A stretch of DNA of 64,000 nucleotides, taken from an uncultured Actinomycetota bacterium (lineage in GTDB: Bacteria; Actinomycetota; Actinomycetes; Streptosporangiales; Streptosporangiaceae). The notes below the pieces were generated by a model, which worked only from the letters and a program-made list of their open reading frames with translations, was not told where the DNA came from and searched no databases. The translations under genes were made by a program, and so were the position numbers. This document shows, in pieces, positions 9,597 to 19,629 of the stretch. Numbering within the stretch: position 1 is the first letter of the stretch; the number at the start of each line of letters is the position of its first letter. The stretch covers positions 642,454 through 706,453 of the forward strand of contig CAWFKU010000004.1 in NCBI GenBank assembly GCA_963816485.1, written 5' to 3'.

Positions 9597-10472
9597 TTAC
9601 GCGGTCCAGAGGGCACGGAGCCGGTCCACCTCCGCTGCCGCTTGCCGGACGCCCGCCTCGTACGCGCCGGCCACCCTGGACGGGTTCATCAGCTCGGCGC
9701 CCCAGCCGCTCACCTCAAGGAACTCGGCGCCCGGGCCGATGATCTCCACCGCCGCGCCGCCGTCGCGCAGCACCGCGACCTCGGTCTCCATCTGGGCCGC
9801 GGTCGCTTCGAACACCGGGTCGCTGATCCCTTCAGGCAGGGTCATGGGCAGGCAGGACACCACGACTACCGCCGCGTAGCCGACGGCCAGGTCGGCGTTG
9901 AGCGGGGTGCGCATACCACCGTCCATGTAGCGCCTGCCGCCGATCGTCACCGGCGGGAACACCATCGGGACGGCGCAGCTCGACGCGACGGCGCGGTCCA
10001 GCGGCACGCCGGCCGTGGCGTCCCAGACCCGCAGCGCGCCGGTCCGCGTGTCGATGGCCGTGCACCGGAACGACGCTGGCCAGTCACGGCCGGCCAGGCG
10101 CGCGAACACCGCCGCCCCGGCGAAATCGCCTTCCGTCACCGTGTGCGCGTCCAGCGCGAGCTTGCCCAGCTCGCCGCGCATCTGCTCCGGGGTCTGCGCC
10201 CGGCTCGCGGCGTCGGCCCAGGCGGTCATCAGGTCGGCGATTGTCGCGCCCGCACCGGCCTCGACCGGCAGCGGCTGGGCCACCGCGCTGACTGTCCCGG
10301 CCAGTTCCAGCCCGAGGGCGAGCCCGGCCCCCACGATCGAGCCGGCCGAGGTTCCCACGACGAGGTCGGCCGCGTCGAGCGCGAGCCCGGCCTCGGCCAG
10401 GCCAGCGGCCAGCCCCGACTCCCAGCCCACGCCGACCGGACCACCGCCACCCAGCACCAGCGCTCGTGTCAT
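9597..10472 (-). CDS. Patatin-like phospholipase family protein
   Basis: ALVLGGGGPVGVGWESG (oxyanion GGGxxG) and VGTSAGSIVGA (GxSxG nucleophile elbow). Confidence 0.8.
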   Translation of the reverse strand: MTRALVLGGGGPVGVGWESGLAAGLAEAGLALDAADLVVGTSAGSIVGAGLALGLELAGTVSAVAQPLPVEAGAGATIADLMTAWADAASRAQTPEQMRGELGKLALDAHTVTEGDFAGAAVFARLAGRDWPASFRCTAIDTRTGALRVWDATAGVPLDRAVASSCAVPMVFPPVTIGGRRYMDGGMRTPLNADLAVGYAAVVVVSCLPMTLPEGISDPVFEATAAQMETEVAVLRDGGAAVEIIGPGAEFLEVSGWGAELMNPSRVAGAYEAGVRQAAAEVDRLRALWTA

Positions 10473-10516
10473 GGCGACACCTTAACCTGTTCCGCGCGGC
10501 ATTCCGCCCGAGGGAT

Positions 10517-10544
10517 TTGTTAATCCGGTAAATGTTTGTAAATT
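10517..10544 (+). promoter_or_regulatory. Candidate sigma70-type promoter upstream of the acylase gene
   Basis: TTGTTA, 16 nt, TAAATT in the only AT-rich patch of the 104-bp divergent intergenic region. GAGGGGG RBS lies upstream of ATG 10577. Confidence 0.3.
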
Positions 10545-10576
10545 AGGCCAGAACGCACAGAGGGGGCGATCGCCAC

Positions 10577-12983
10577 ATGCCGCTGTCGGCCGACGTGCCC
10601 GTGTCCGGGCTGCGGGCGCCGGCCGAGATCCTGACCGACCCGTGGGGTATCCCGCACATGTACGCGTCAAGCGCGCACGACGTGTTCTGGACGCAGGGGT
10701 TCCAGGTCGCGCGTGACCGGCTATGGCAGATCGACACCTGGCGGCGGCGCGGCCTCGGGCTGCTGGCGCAGGTGTGGGGCGCGGAGTATGCCGAGCAGGA
10801 CCGGGCCGCCAGGCTGTTCCTGTTCCGCGGGGATATGCACGCGGAATGGCGGGCCTACGCCGCCGACACCGAGGACATCGCCACCGCGTTCACCGCCGGG
10901 ATCAACGCCTACGTGGCCCTGACCCAGCAGGACCCTTCCCGGCTCCCGCCGGAATTCCGCGAGCTCGGCTACGAGCCCGCGTTCTGGGCGCCGTCCGACG
11001 TGGTCCGCATCCGCAGCCACGGCCTGTTCCATAACGTCACCCAGGAAGTGGCCCGCGCGCTGATGCTGCGCGACTTCGGGCCAGCGGCGGAGGAACTGCG
11101 GCGGCGGCGCGAGCCGGGCGGCGAGCTGACCGTGCCCGATGGCCTGGACCTGAGCGTCATCCCCGACGACGTGCTGCGTGACTACAAGCTCGCGGTGGCG
11201 CCGGCTCAGCTCCGGGGGCAGGCTGGAGCCCCGGCCGCGGCCGGGACCGGGCCCGCGCAGGCCGGCGAGGGCAGCAACAACTGGGCGCTCGCGCCGGAGC
11301 GGACCGGGACCGGGCGGGCACTGCTGGCCAACGACCCGCACCGGACCGTGTCGCTGCCCTCACTCCGGTACGTCGTGCACCTCAGCGCGCCCGGCTTCGA
11401 CGTGATCGGCGCCGGGGAGCCGGCCTTGCCCGGACTGTCGGTCGGCCACAACGGCCACGTGGCGTTCGGGTTCACGGTGTTCTCCGTCGACCAGGAGGAC
11501 CTGTATGTGTACCGGACCCGGCCGGGCCAGCCCCGGGAATACTGGTACCGGGACCGGTGGGAGCCGATGACGGTGGTCCGTGAGGAGATCCCGGTGCGGG
11601 ACTCGCCGCCGGTGCCGGCCGAGCTCTGGTTCACCAGGCACGGGCCGGTAATCCGCTCGGCCCCGGAATCCGACGCCGCGTTCGCCGTGCGGGCGGCGTG
11701 GCTGGAGCCGGGCATGGCCCCGTACCTGACAAGCATCGAGACCATGCGGGCACCGGACGCGGAGCGGTTCACCGCCGCGCTGGTCCGGTGGGGCGCGCCC
11801 GGTGAGAACCTGGTCTACGCCGACGAGTCCGGCACCATCGGCTGGAAGGCGGCCGGGCTGACCCCGGTCCGGCCGAACTGGGACGGCACCCTGCCGGTGC
11901 CTGGCGACGGGCGCTACGAGTGGGCCGGCTTTTACCACATGGACGCGCTGCCCGCGGAGGTGAACCCGGCGCGCGGCTGGATCGCCACCGCGAATGAGAT
12001 GAATCTTCCGCCTGGGTTCCCTGACGACCGGGTCATCACCCGCGACTGGCCCGCGCCGTTCCGCGCGGAGCGGATCGCCGAGGTCCTCGGCCCGGCCACG
12101 GGGAGCACCGTCGCCGACATGGTGCGCCTGCAGGGCGACTACGTCAGCTTGCCCGCGCGGCGGATAGTGCGCGCTCTGGCCGGGCGGCGCTGGACCGACC
12201 CGGCCGCGGAGCGCGCGGCCCGGATGCTGGCCGGCTGGGACGGGACCCTGGCCGCGGACTCCGCCGCCGGCCGCCGTGTTCCAGGTGTGGTACCGGCGGC
12301 ACCTGCGTCCTGGCCTCCGCGAGCTGGCGCTGGCGCAGATCCTGCCGCCCGGGAAGGTCCCGGCGGCGCTCGCCGCCGTGCTGCCCGGCGATGACCTGGC
12401 CGGGGATCCCCGGATCGACCTGGACCTGATCGAGAAGCCAGGCGATCGGCTTGGCGCGAACCCGGCCGCGGCCCTGGCCGGCCTGTTCGAGGCCACGCTG
12501 TCCGCCGCCATGGCCGACCTGAGTAGCCTGCTCGGCCCCGCCGAACAGGACTGGGCCTGGGGCCGGCTGCATCAGGCCCGGCTCGCCCACCCGGCCGGGC
12601 CCGGGATGTCCGCTGCAGCGCGCGAGCAGGCCGCGATCGACCCGGTGCCGCGCGGCGGCAGCTCGGACACGGTGGGCGCGACCACCTACGCGCCCGATTT
12701 CACGCAGGCCGCTGGCGCCACGTTCCGGCTGGTCGTGGACGTGGGCGGGTGGGACAACTCGGTGGTCATGAACAGTCCCGGCCAGTCAGGCGATCCGGCC
12801 AGCCCGCACTACGCCGACCTGCTCGCGCCGTGGGCGGCGGACGGAGCCGTTCCCCTGCTGTACAGCCGGGATCGGATCGAGGCCGTGGCCCGCGAGCGGA
12901 TCCGGCTGGTACCAGCGGGCTCAGTGACCGGCGGTCCGGCCGCCGTCGATGTGCAGGATCTCTCCGGTGACGTAGGGCGATGA
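10577..12983 (+). pseudogene. Penicillin acylase (Ntn-hydrolase) family gene interrupted by a single frameshift near 12265-12275
   Basis: ORF 10577..12394 carries GSNNWALAPERTGTGRALLANDPHR (beta-chain N-terminal Ser nucleophile region). ORF 12276..12983 continues the family C-terminus (FQVWYRRHL...NSPGQSGDPASPHYADL). Removing one G in gccgccGgccgcc restores DSAAAAVFQVWYRR. No N-terminal signal peptide is visible. Confidence 0.75.
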
Positions 12984-13643
12984 CTCCAGATACAGGATGC
13001 CGTTCACGACGTCACTGACCTGGCCCACGTGCCCTACCGGGGGGAGTTTCCCCGCGAGCGCCTCGGGCGTATAAGAATCGGCCGGGTGCAGCGGGGTCTG
13101 GATGATGCCCGGTGCGACGGCGTTGACGCGGATGCCGCGCGAGGCGTACTCGACGGCGAGTGACCTGGTGACCGCGGCCAGGCCACCCTTCGTCAGCGCG
13201 GCCAGCGCGGTTGGCTCCACGGAGTCCGCATGGTCCGCGATGCTGGCGCTGATGTTGACGACATGGCCGCCGCCCTGCTGCAGCATCTGCCCGATGGCGC
13301 GCTGGGTCAGCCAGAAGAACCCGGCCAGGTTGACGCCGGTGACCAGCGCGTAGTCCTCCGCCGTGTAGTCGGTGAATGGCTTGGCGACGAAGACGCCTGC
13401 GTTGTTGACGAGAGTGTCGACGCGCCCGAAGTGTTCGAGCGCCTGGCTGATGATCTGGCCGGCGCTGGCTTGCTCGGAGACGTCGCCCTGGACCGTCAGG
13501 ACGCCCGGGTCATTCGACGGCTTGATATGAAGCGAATTCGCCACGACCGCCCAGCCTCGCTGCCGGTACCCGGCGACGAGGCCGGCGCCGATGCCTTGCG
13601 AGCCGCCCGTGATGACTGCGACCTTCTGCGTCCTTTCGCTCAC
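12921..13643 (-). CDS. SDR family oxidoreductase
   Basis: GTG 13643 is preceded by GGAGAA. VSERTQKVAVITGGSQGIGAGL (TGxxxGIG), NNAG, and SASIADHADS...Y..TKGGL. The longer ORF upstream is Arg-rich and not protein-like. Confidence 0.8.
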   Translation of the reverse strand: MSERTQKVAVITGGSQGIGAGLVAGYRQRGWAVVANSLHIKPSNDPGVLTVQGDVSEQASAGQIISQALEHFGRVDTLVNNAGVFVAKPFTDYTAEDYALVTGVNLAGFFWLTQRAIGQMLQQGGGHVVNISASIADHADSVEPTALAALTKGGLAAVTRSLAVEYASRGIRVNAVAPGIIQTPLHPADSYTPEALAGKLPPVGHVGQVSDVVNGILYLESSPYVTGEILHIDGGRTAGH

Positions 13644-13669
13644 GGGTTCTCCGTTCTCAGGTGCTCGGG

Positions 13670-14620
13670 TCACAGGCGGGAGGTGAGCTCGGTCACGATG
13701 TCGGCCGCTGACTGTGGCTGTCTGGCGAGTGCGACGCTCTGCCCGGCCCACATCGAGAGCGCTTCGATATCGCCGGTCGTGCCGGCCATCGGCGGCGCTG
13801 GCTCGTAGCGAACAATTGACTCGGCGGAGGCGAAGTGCGCGATCACGTCTCCCTCGCCCGGCCGATGGCCGGGCGAGGGGCGGCCCGCTGCCTCCCACGC
13901 CCTGGCCGTTGAGTTGATCAGCGCGCGGTGGGGAGAATCGGGCCAGCCGACCTCGTACAGGTTGGGATACCACTGCGGATCGGTCTCGGCCGCGGCTATC
14001 AGCCGCCGTCGGTATTCCTCATGGATCGGCATCTCCTGCGCCAGCAGGAACCGCGTACCCAGCCACGCGGCCTGGGCGCCGAGGGCGAGTACCGCCGCGA
14101 CTCCCCGAGCGTCACCGATCCCGCCGGCCGCGATCACCGGTACCGGCGCCACCGCGTCCACCACAGCGGGCACCAGCGGCAGCGTCGCGACCTGACCCCA
14201 GACGTGCCCGCCGGCCTCCCAGCCCTGGGCGACGACCACGTCCACGCCGGCCGCGGCTGCCCGCCGTGCCTCCTCGGCACTGCCGACCGTATGCATCACG
14301 ATGCCCCCGGCGTCGTGCACGGGCTCGACGTAGCCGCTGGGATCTCCCCACATGAACGAGACGATCCGCAAGCCGGCCTCGAGGGCCTGGTCCAGCCGAG
14401 GGTGATGATCTTCGGTGAGAACCAGGTTGCCGCCGAACGGCCGCCCGGTCAGCGCCGCCGTCTCCCGAACCACGGCTCCGGCGTCATCGGACCACGTGAG
14501 CGTCACCATGCCGAGCGCGCCGGCATTCGAGACCGCCGCGGCCAGCCGGGGAATTGCGGCCATAGGTGCCTGGACGATCGGTCGTTCAATGCCGAGCAAC
14601 TCACACACCGGTGTGATCAT
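13670..14620 (-). CDS. Nitronate monooxygenase (NMO / 2-nitropropane dioxygenase-like, FMN)
   Basis: ATG 14620 gives MITPVCELLGIERPIVQAPMAAI..., then VVAQGWEAGGH, and VIAAGGIGDARGVAAVLALGAQAAWLGTRFL. Confidence 0.85.
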   Translation of the reverse strand: MITPVCELLGIERPIVQAPMAAIPRLAAAVSNAGALGMVTLTWSDDAGAVVRETAALTGRPFGGNLVLTEDHHPRLDQALEAGLRIVSFMWGDPSGYVEPVHDAGGIVMHTVGSAEEARRAAAAGVDVVVAQGWEAGGHVWGQVATLPLVPAVVDAVAPVPVIAAGGIGDARGVAAVLALGAQAAWLGTRFLLAQEMPIHEEYRRRLIAAAETDPQWYPNLYEVGWPDSPHRALINSTARAWEAAGRPSPGHRPGEGDVIAHFASAESIVRYEPAPPMAGTTGDIEALSMWAGQSVALARQPQSAADIVTELTSRL

Positions 14621-15222
14621 GATTGCTCGTAAGAGGTGGGCCTCGACTGCGCCGAACGCCGGTCCCATCCGTGAAACTTCGAGTAGTCCCCGGCGTCCCA
14701 GGCCTCGCGCAGCCCGGGGGTGCTCAGGTCCCAGTCCGGGCGGATCTCGGCGGTGGCAGCGCGCAGGTCGCGCCACAGGTCGTAGAACGACGGGCGGCCC
14801 CAGAACCAGTAGCCGTTGTAGATGCTGTGGACGACGAGTCCGGGCTTGAGCACGAGCGTGTGCGGGATCATCGGGTTGTGGTCGGGGTCGGTGTACTCCT
14901 GGATATCCAGATCCTTTTGCACAATCCGCTCGGGGTCGGACAGGAAGGGCCACTGGGCGCCGACCGAGTTGCGGAACTCCTGCAGCGTGTGATGGTCGTC
15001 GGTGGCGATCGTGGCGACCTGGGTATAGGCCACCGCGATCTTGGGGTAGTTCTCGGCCAGTTCCAGGTGCTGCCGGTGCTCTTTCGGGCAGTAGTTGCCG
15101 CGCGCGAGCGTCAGGATCATCGGGTCCCGGCCCTGGAGCTCGCTCAGCGTGCGGACGGTGCCGGCCTGGTCGGGCAGCGCGTAGTCGGGGAAGGTACCGC
15201 CGGGGACGATGTCGGAACGCAC
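14617..15222 (-). CDS. Redoxin/AhpC-TSA-like family protein
   Basis: In-frame GTG 15222 after GGAGAGG. PGGTFPDYALPDQAGTVRTLSELQGRDPMILTLARGNYCPKEHRQH. The stop overlaps the NMO ATG. The start codon choice is uncertain. Confidence 0.65.
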   Translation of the reverse strand: MRSDIVPGGTFPDYALPDQAGTVRTLSELQGRDPMILTLARGNYCPKEHRQHLELAENYPKIAVAYTQVATIATDDHHTLQEFRNSVGAQWPFLSDPERIVQKDLDIQEYTDPDHNPMIPHTLVLKPGLVVHSIYNGYWFWGRPSFYDLWRDLRAATAEIRPDWDLSTPGLREAWDAGDYSKFHGWDRRSAQSRPTSYEQS

Positions 15223-15359
15223 GTGATAAACCGCCTCTCCTGTGAGCCTGCCGATAGGCGTGCCCGTCGGCGCTCCTGCCCACACTCCCGTCAGCTGGGG
15301 AGGTCCGCCGGGCGCTCGCGGCCAGCTTGCCGTGCAGCAGTCCGGTGAACTGGCCGACT

Positions 15360-15740
15360 TCAGCGCTTGTATTCCTGGATCGCCCACATGTTTCCGTCGA
15401 TGTCTTCGAAGAAGCAGTAGCGTGAGCCGGGCGTGCCTTCGGGACCCATCTGCTGCACATCGCTGATGCCGACACCCCGGCCGGCGAGTTCGCCGCGGAT
15501 GGCGTCGAGGTCGTCGACGACGAGCTGAACTCCCTTGACCGAGCCGGGTTCGCCGAGCGGCAGGCCCTGGCCGATCACCACGGAGCACGCCGAGCCCGGT
15601 GGCGTCATCTGCACCACCCGCATGTTCTCGCTTGGCTTGACGTCCTGGTCGAGGGTGAAGCCCACCTGCTGGGTGTAGAAGTTCTTCGCGGCGTCGACAT
15701 CGCGCACCGGGATGGGAATGACCTCAAGTTTCATGTCCAT
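15360..15740 (-). CDS. VOC (glyoxalase/bleomycin-resistance) family protein
   Basis: MDMKLEVIPIPVRDVDAAKNFYTQQVGFTLDQD ... CFFEDIDGNMWAIQEY. Confidence 0.8.
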   Translation of the reverse strand: MDMKLEVIPIPVRDVDAAKNFYTQQVGFTLDQDVKPSENMRVVQMTPPGSACSVVIGQGLPLGEPGSVKGVQLVVDDLDAIRGELAGRGVGISDVQQMGPEGTPGSRYCFFEDIDGNMWAIQEYKR

Positions 15741-15785
15741 GAATCGTCACGTTACCGAGCCGGGCCGGGCCGCCGTCGCGTCGGC

Positions 15786-16163
15786 CTAGACAGCACTGGC
15801 GGCCAGCAGCAGGGCGGCCGATCCCGCAAGCAGGAAGGGGCAGACCTTGAACCAGATCACCGCCGTCCGGGCGCCGGTCAGCCCGGTCAGTGCGGCCAGC
15901 GCGATCAGCAGCGCGGCGGCGGCCCGGTAGACCCAGTCCCGCGTGCCAGCCCCAGGTCCGCCACCGGACGCGGTGGCCGCGACGACGATCGCCGCCACGC
16001 CCCACATGGTGAAGGCCTCGGCCAGCCATTCCTGCAGGACGACGCGGCGGTTGTCCGCCGTGACCGGCGCGAACCCGGCCAGCATCCGGCTCGTCGGGAT
16101 CGCGTGCGCGACGCCCCACAGGGCGATGACGCCGGCAGCGGCGTACGCGAGGACCGAGCTCAT
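15786..16163 (-). CDS. Small integral membrane protein, unknown function
   Basis: 125 aa with four hydrophobic helices (MSSVLAYAAAGVIALWGVAHAIP...). High GC3. Confidence 0.55.
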   Translation of the reverse strand: MSSVLAYAAAGVIALWGVAHAIPTSRMLAGFAPVTADNRRVVLQEWLAEAFTMWGVAAIVVAATASGGGPGAGTRDWVYRAAAALLIALAALTGLTGARTAVIWFKVCPFLLAGSAALLLAASAV

Positions 16164-16287
16164 GCCTCACATCCTCGGCAGGCCGGCCTCATCGCTGGTG
16201 AATCGTGCTTAATCGGCTCCGCTGCGGGGACATTGGCTGCAGGCCCGGTCGTAGACGGGATGAGAATCCGACCAACGGAGGTGCTGG

Positions 16288-16599
16288 ATGGCCGATAGCT
16301 CGCCGCCAGAGGGGATTGTGCTGGCGCACTTCATCGTGTCGGACGATGTCGAGCGCTCTAGGCGCTTCTACAGCGAGGTTCTCGGCGGCAGGGTGGTCTT
16401 TTCCGGAGACGTGTACGCCGAGTGGAGCGCCCGCGGTGCTCAGTTCCTGACGCCTCCGAAACAGCACCAGTACGAGAAGCGCTGCTACATCCGCGATCCC
16501 GACGGCCATCTGATCGAAGTAGGGCAGACCACCGACCCAGAGGGTGACTGGTCGCCCGCGCACTGGCCACCGAGTACGCGCGCCGGCGATTCCGAGTGA
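16288..16599 (+). CDS. Short VOC/glyoxalase-like protein (possibly truncated)
   Basis: LAHFIVSDDVERSRRFYSEVLGGRVV ... CYIRDPDGHLIEVGQ. At 103 aa it is shorter than typical family members. Confidence 0.55.
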   Translation: MADSSPPEGIVLAHFIVSDDVERSRRFYSEVLGGRVVFSGDVYAEWSARGAQFLTPPKQHQYEKRCYIRDPDGHLIEVGQTTDPEGDWSPAHWPPSTRAGDSE

Positions 16600-16614
16600 A
16601 TGCAATCAGGACTG

Positions 16615-17247
16615 TCAGGCTCGGTCAGCCGGGCGGTCACTAGTGGCGGACTGGCGACCGCCGTAGGAGGCGGCTAGCGCCGCGGCGACGTTCGCGGCAT
16701 CCGCCCCGGCCACCTTCTCCGGGTATTCGGGCAGCAGGTCGTCCCAGATGACCAGCCATGATCCGTAGAGCTGGGCCTGTCCCTCGGGCCGGGCGAAGAA
16801 CCAGATGTGCAGGTGCGCGGCACCGTCCCCGATGCGATACACGTGGGCTCGGGAGATATTCGGCAGGGCCTGCATGTGGCGGACGATATGTGTGGTCAGC
16901 ACACCCAGTTCGGCGGCCCGCTCATCGGGCAGGTCCGCCAGGTCGTAGTGATCGCGCGGATGCAGCATCAGCACCAGTGGCACGCCGACGCCGCGTATCC
17001 GGGTGAGCCGCCAGGTGTCGTCGAGCCAGATCCCTTCGTCCCTGGCGCGGCAGGAGTTGCAGTCTGCCGGGTCATCGCCAGCCCGGCCCGGCTCGGGCAT
17101 GACCGGCCGGCGCAGCGGCGCGACGCGCAGTCCGTCCGGCTCGAACGGACTGATATCCCACCCGGTCATGCGGGCAAGCGGGAGCCGGCACTCACCGTCA
17201 GCAGCAGCTAGGGCATGGTCATAGAACTCGTCGGGTCGCAACGCCAT
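16615..17247 (-). CDS. HIT-superfamily-like hypothetical protein
   Basis: ATG 17247 (MALRPDEFYDHALAA...). The segment IGDGAAHLHIWFFARP resembles the HIT histidine triad region. Assignment is tentative. Confidence 0.45.
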   Translation of the reverse strand: MALRPDEFYDHALAAADGECRLPLARMTGWDISPFEPDGLRVAPLRRPVMPEPGRAGDDPADCNSCRARDEGIWLDDTWRLTRIRGVGVPLVLMLHPRDHYDLADLPDERAAELGVLTTHIVRHMQALPNISRAHVYRIGDGAAHLHIWFFARPEGQAQLYGSWLVIWDDLLPEYPEKVAGADAANVAAALAASYGGRQSATSDRPADRA

Positions 17248-17353
17248 GATCCGAAGGCTAGCCCGGTCCCGGCGGCGCCTTCCAAACGCGCACCCGAACG
17301 CACTCCGGGCGGATGGGCGTTTCATCATTGACGAGATGTGGAGGCAACTGGCG

Positions 17354-17959
17354 TTAGCCGACGCGGCGATAGCGGATGTGGGTGGTCAGCGGTGAGTGAA
17401 GCACCTCGGCGGGTTCGAAGCCGAAGGATTCAACCCCGTCGAAGATGCGTTCGCCCGAACCGAGCAGGACCGGTGCGATGTCGAGGGTGAGCTCGTCGAT
17501 CACGCCGGCGATCAGTGCCTGGCGGACGGTCGAGGCCCCGCCGGCGATGTCCACGCCGTTGTCCCCGGCGGCCTGGCACGCTGCGGAGTAGGCCGCGTCG
17601 AAGCCCTCGGTGACGAAGTGGAAGGTCGTCCCCCCGTCCATCTGGATCGGGTCATGTCCGTGATGGGTCAGCACGAACACCGGCGCGTGATACGGCGGTT
17701 CGGGGCCCCACCACCCGGTCCACTCCTCTTCCCAGTCCCCGCGGATCGGGCCGAACATGTTCCGACCCATCACATACGCGCCCCGCGGGCGCATGAGCCA
17801 CCCGTTCGCGACCTTGTCGGCGTCGTTGGCTCGCGGGTCGCCCATGTGCCAGCCGTGCAGTTCCCGCCCCCGCTTGCCCAGGGGGTCCTCACGGCTCTGG
17901 TCCGGCCCGGCGACGAAGCCGTCCAGCGAGATCGACATATGGCAGGTAGTGTCCGGCAC
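17354..17959 (-). CDS. Dihydrofolate reductase family protein (RibD C-terminal domain type)
   Basis: GTG 17959 after GGAGG. CHMSISLDGFVAGPDQS...MGRNMFGP...VDIAGGASTVRQALIAGVIDELTLDIAPVLLGSGERIF. Confidence 0.75.
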   Translation of the reverse strand: MPDTTCHMSISLDGFVAGPDQSREDPLGKRGRELHGWHMGDPRANDADKVANGWLMRPRGAYVMGRNMFGPIRGDWEEEWTGWWGPEPPYHAPVFVLTHHGHDPIQMDGGTTFHFVTEGFDAAYSAACQAAGDNGVDIAGGASTVRQALIAGVIDELTLDIAPVLLGSGERIFDGVESFGFEPAEVLHSPLTTHIRYRRVG

Positions 17960-18086
17960 CGCGAACCTCCTGAGTGATTGCGGCTGGCGAGCGCTCCAGA
18001 CTCGGCCTGAAACTGACCTACCAGCCAGGCGACAAGACCTACGAACAGAGGTCAACCTGACGAGCGCCGCAGCATTGGCATTTCGA

Positions 18087-18174
18087 TGGTGTCCGAGGGG
18101 GGACTTGAACCCCCATGCCCTTTACGGGCACTAGCACCTCAAGCTAGCGCGTCTGCCTATTCCGCCACCCGGAC
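18087..18174 (-). tRNA. tRNA-Leu (anticodon GAG), CCA encoded
   Basis: Reverse complement is GTCCGGGTGGCGGAATAGGCAGACGCGCTAGCTTGAGGTGCTAGTGCCCGTAAAGGGCATGGGGGTTCAAGTCCCCCCTCGGACACCA. It has a 7-bp acceptor stem, anticodon stem CTAGC/GCTAG with loop TTGAGGT, a long variable arm, and T-arm GGGGG-TTCAAGT-CCCCC. Confidence 0.9.
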
Positions 18175-18303
18175 TCACCTGGACCTGGTTGTCAACCAGC
18201 CCAGCCGCATCACGATAGCAAATCAGGTCACCAGCGTGCGAGGTGCCGACCAGAGCGGACATCTCGCGGCAACTCTGTTAACCCGTGGTGGCACTATGGC
18301 CGG

Positions 18304-19608
18304 ATGACGACCATCACAGCGCAGCAGGAAGTCGCGGGCCTCGCCAGCGACCTGATCAGGATCGACACGACGAACACGGGTGATGACTCGGGGCCGGGCG
18401 AGCGCCTGGCGGCCGAGCATGTCGCCGGGCTGCTGGCCGAGGTCGGTCTCGAGCCGACCGTGCTCGAGTCGCGCCCGAACCGGGCCAGCGTGGTGACCAG
18501 GATCGAAGGCGAAGACCCGTCCAGGCCCGCGCTGCTGATCCACGGCCACCTGGATGTCGTGCCCGCGGATCCCGACGACTGGCGCGTGCATCCCTTGTCG
18601 GGCGAGATCTCCGGTGACTGCGTCTGGGGCCGTGGTGCCGTCGACATGAAGGACATGGACGCGATGATGCTGGCCGTGGTCCGGCAGCGGCTGCGCGAGG
18701 GCCGCAAGCCGCCCCGCGACATCGTGCTCGCCTTCCTGGCGGACGAGGAGGCCGGCGGAAATCACGGCGCTGGCTGGCTGGTCGACAACCATCCCCAGCT
18801 CTTCGACGGGGTCACCGAGGCGATCGGCGAGGTCGGGGGCTTCAGTACGGTCATCGGCGGCCAGCGGCTCTACCTGCTCCAGACGGCCGAGAAGGGGATC
18901 GCCTGGCTGCGGCTGACCGCCCGCGGCACTGCCGGGCACGGCTCGATGCTCCAGCCCGACAACGCGGTCACCGAGCTGGCCGAAGCGGTCGCCCGGATCG
19001 GCCGCCACGAATGGCCGGTCCGGCTGACCCCGTCGGTGACCGCCTTCCTGGAGGCCGCCTGCGAGGCACTCGGAATCAGCTTCTCGCGCGAGGATCCGAC
19101 GGCGGTACTGGCGAAGATCGGGCCGATCGCCCGCATGATCGGGGCGACGCTGACGAACACGGCGAACCCCAGCATGCTGCACGCTGGCTACAAGGTGAAC
19201 GTCGTGCCGCAGACAGCGTCGGCGCAGGTCGACGGCCGGTTCCTACCGGGCCACGAGGAGGAGTTCTTCGCCGAGCTAGACGAGCTGCTCGGGCCGGGAG
19301 TCCGCCGGGAGTTCGTGAACAACGCGATCGCGATGGAGACGACCTTCGACGGCGCGCTCTGCGACGCGATGACCCAGGCACTGCTGCGCGCCGACCCGGA
19401 CGGCAAGGTCGTGCCGTATTGCCTGTCCGGCGGCACCGACGCGAAGTCCTTCAGCAGGCTGGGCATCCGCTGCTTCGGGTTCACGCCGCTGCGGCTGCCA
19501 CCGGACCTGGATTTCGCTGGCCTGTTCCACGGCGTTGACGAGCGGGTGCCGGTGGCGGCGCTGGAGTTCGGCACCGAGGTGCTCGACCACTTCATCGACC
19601 TGTGCTGA
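18304..19608 (+). CDS. M20/M25/M40 family metallo-hydrolase (dipeptidase-like)
   Basis: LLIHGHLDVVPADPDDW, GRGAVDMKDMDA, and ADEEAGG metal-ligand motifs. Confidence 0.85.
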   Translation: MTTITAQQEVAGLASDLIRIDTTNTGDDSGPGERLAAEHVAGLLAEVGLEPTVLESRPNRASVVTRIEGEDPSRPALLIHGHLDVVPADPDDWRVHPLSGEISGDCVWGRGAVDMKDMDAMMLAVVRQRLREGRKPPRDIVLAFLADEEAGGNHGAGWLVDNHPQLFDGVTEAIGEVGGFSTVIGGQRLYLLQTAEKGIAWLRLTARGTAGHGSMLQPDNAVTELAEAVARIGRHEWPVRLTPSVTAFLEAACEALGISFSREDPTAVLAKIGPIARMIGATLTNTANPSMLHAGYKVNVVPQTASAQVDGRFLPGHEEEFFAELDELLGPGVRREFVNNAIAMETTFDGALCDAMTQALLRADPDGKVVPYCLSGGTDAKSFSRLGIRCFGFTPLRLPPDLDFAGLFHGVDERVPVAALEFGTEVLDHFIDLC

Positions 19609-19629
19609 CTGATCGACCTGTGCTGACTC
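19594..19629 (+). repeat. 18-bp tandem duplication spanning the M20 stop codon
   Basis: atcgacctgtgctgactg followed by atcgacctgtgctgactc (17/18 identical). Each copy contains an in-frame TGA (..IDLC*). Confidence 0.9.

Noticed and set aside
14621-15475. N-terminal extension of ORF 13670..15475 (601 aa)
   Set aside because: The extension is out-of-frame overlap with the redoxin and VOC genes and is Arg/Pro-rich. The NMO domain begins at MITPVCELLGIERP (ATG 14620).
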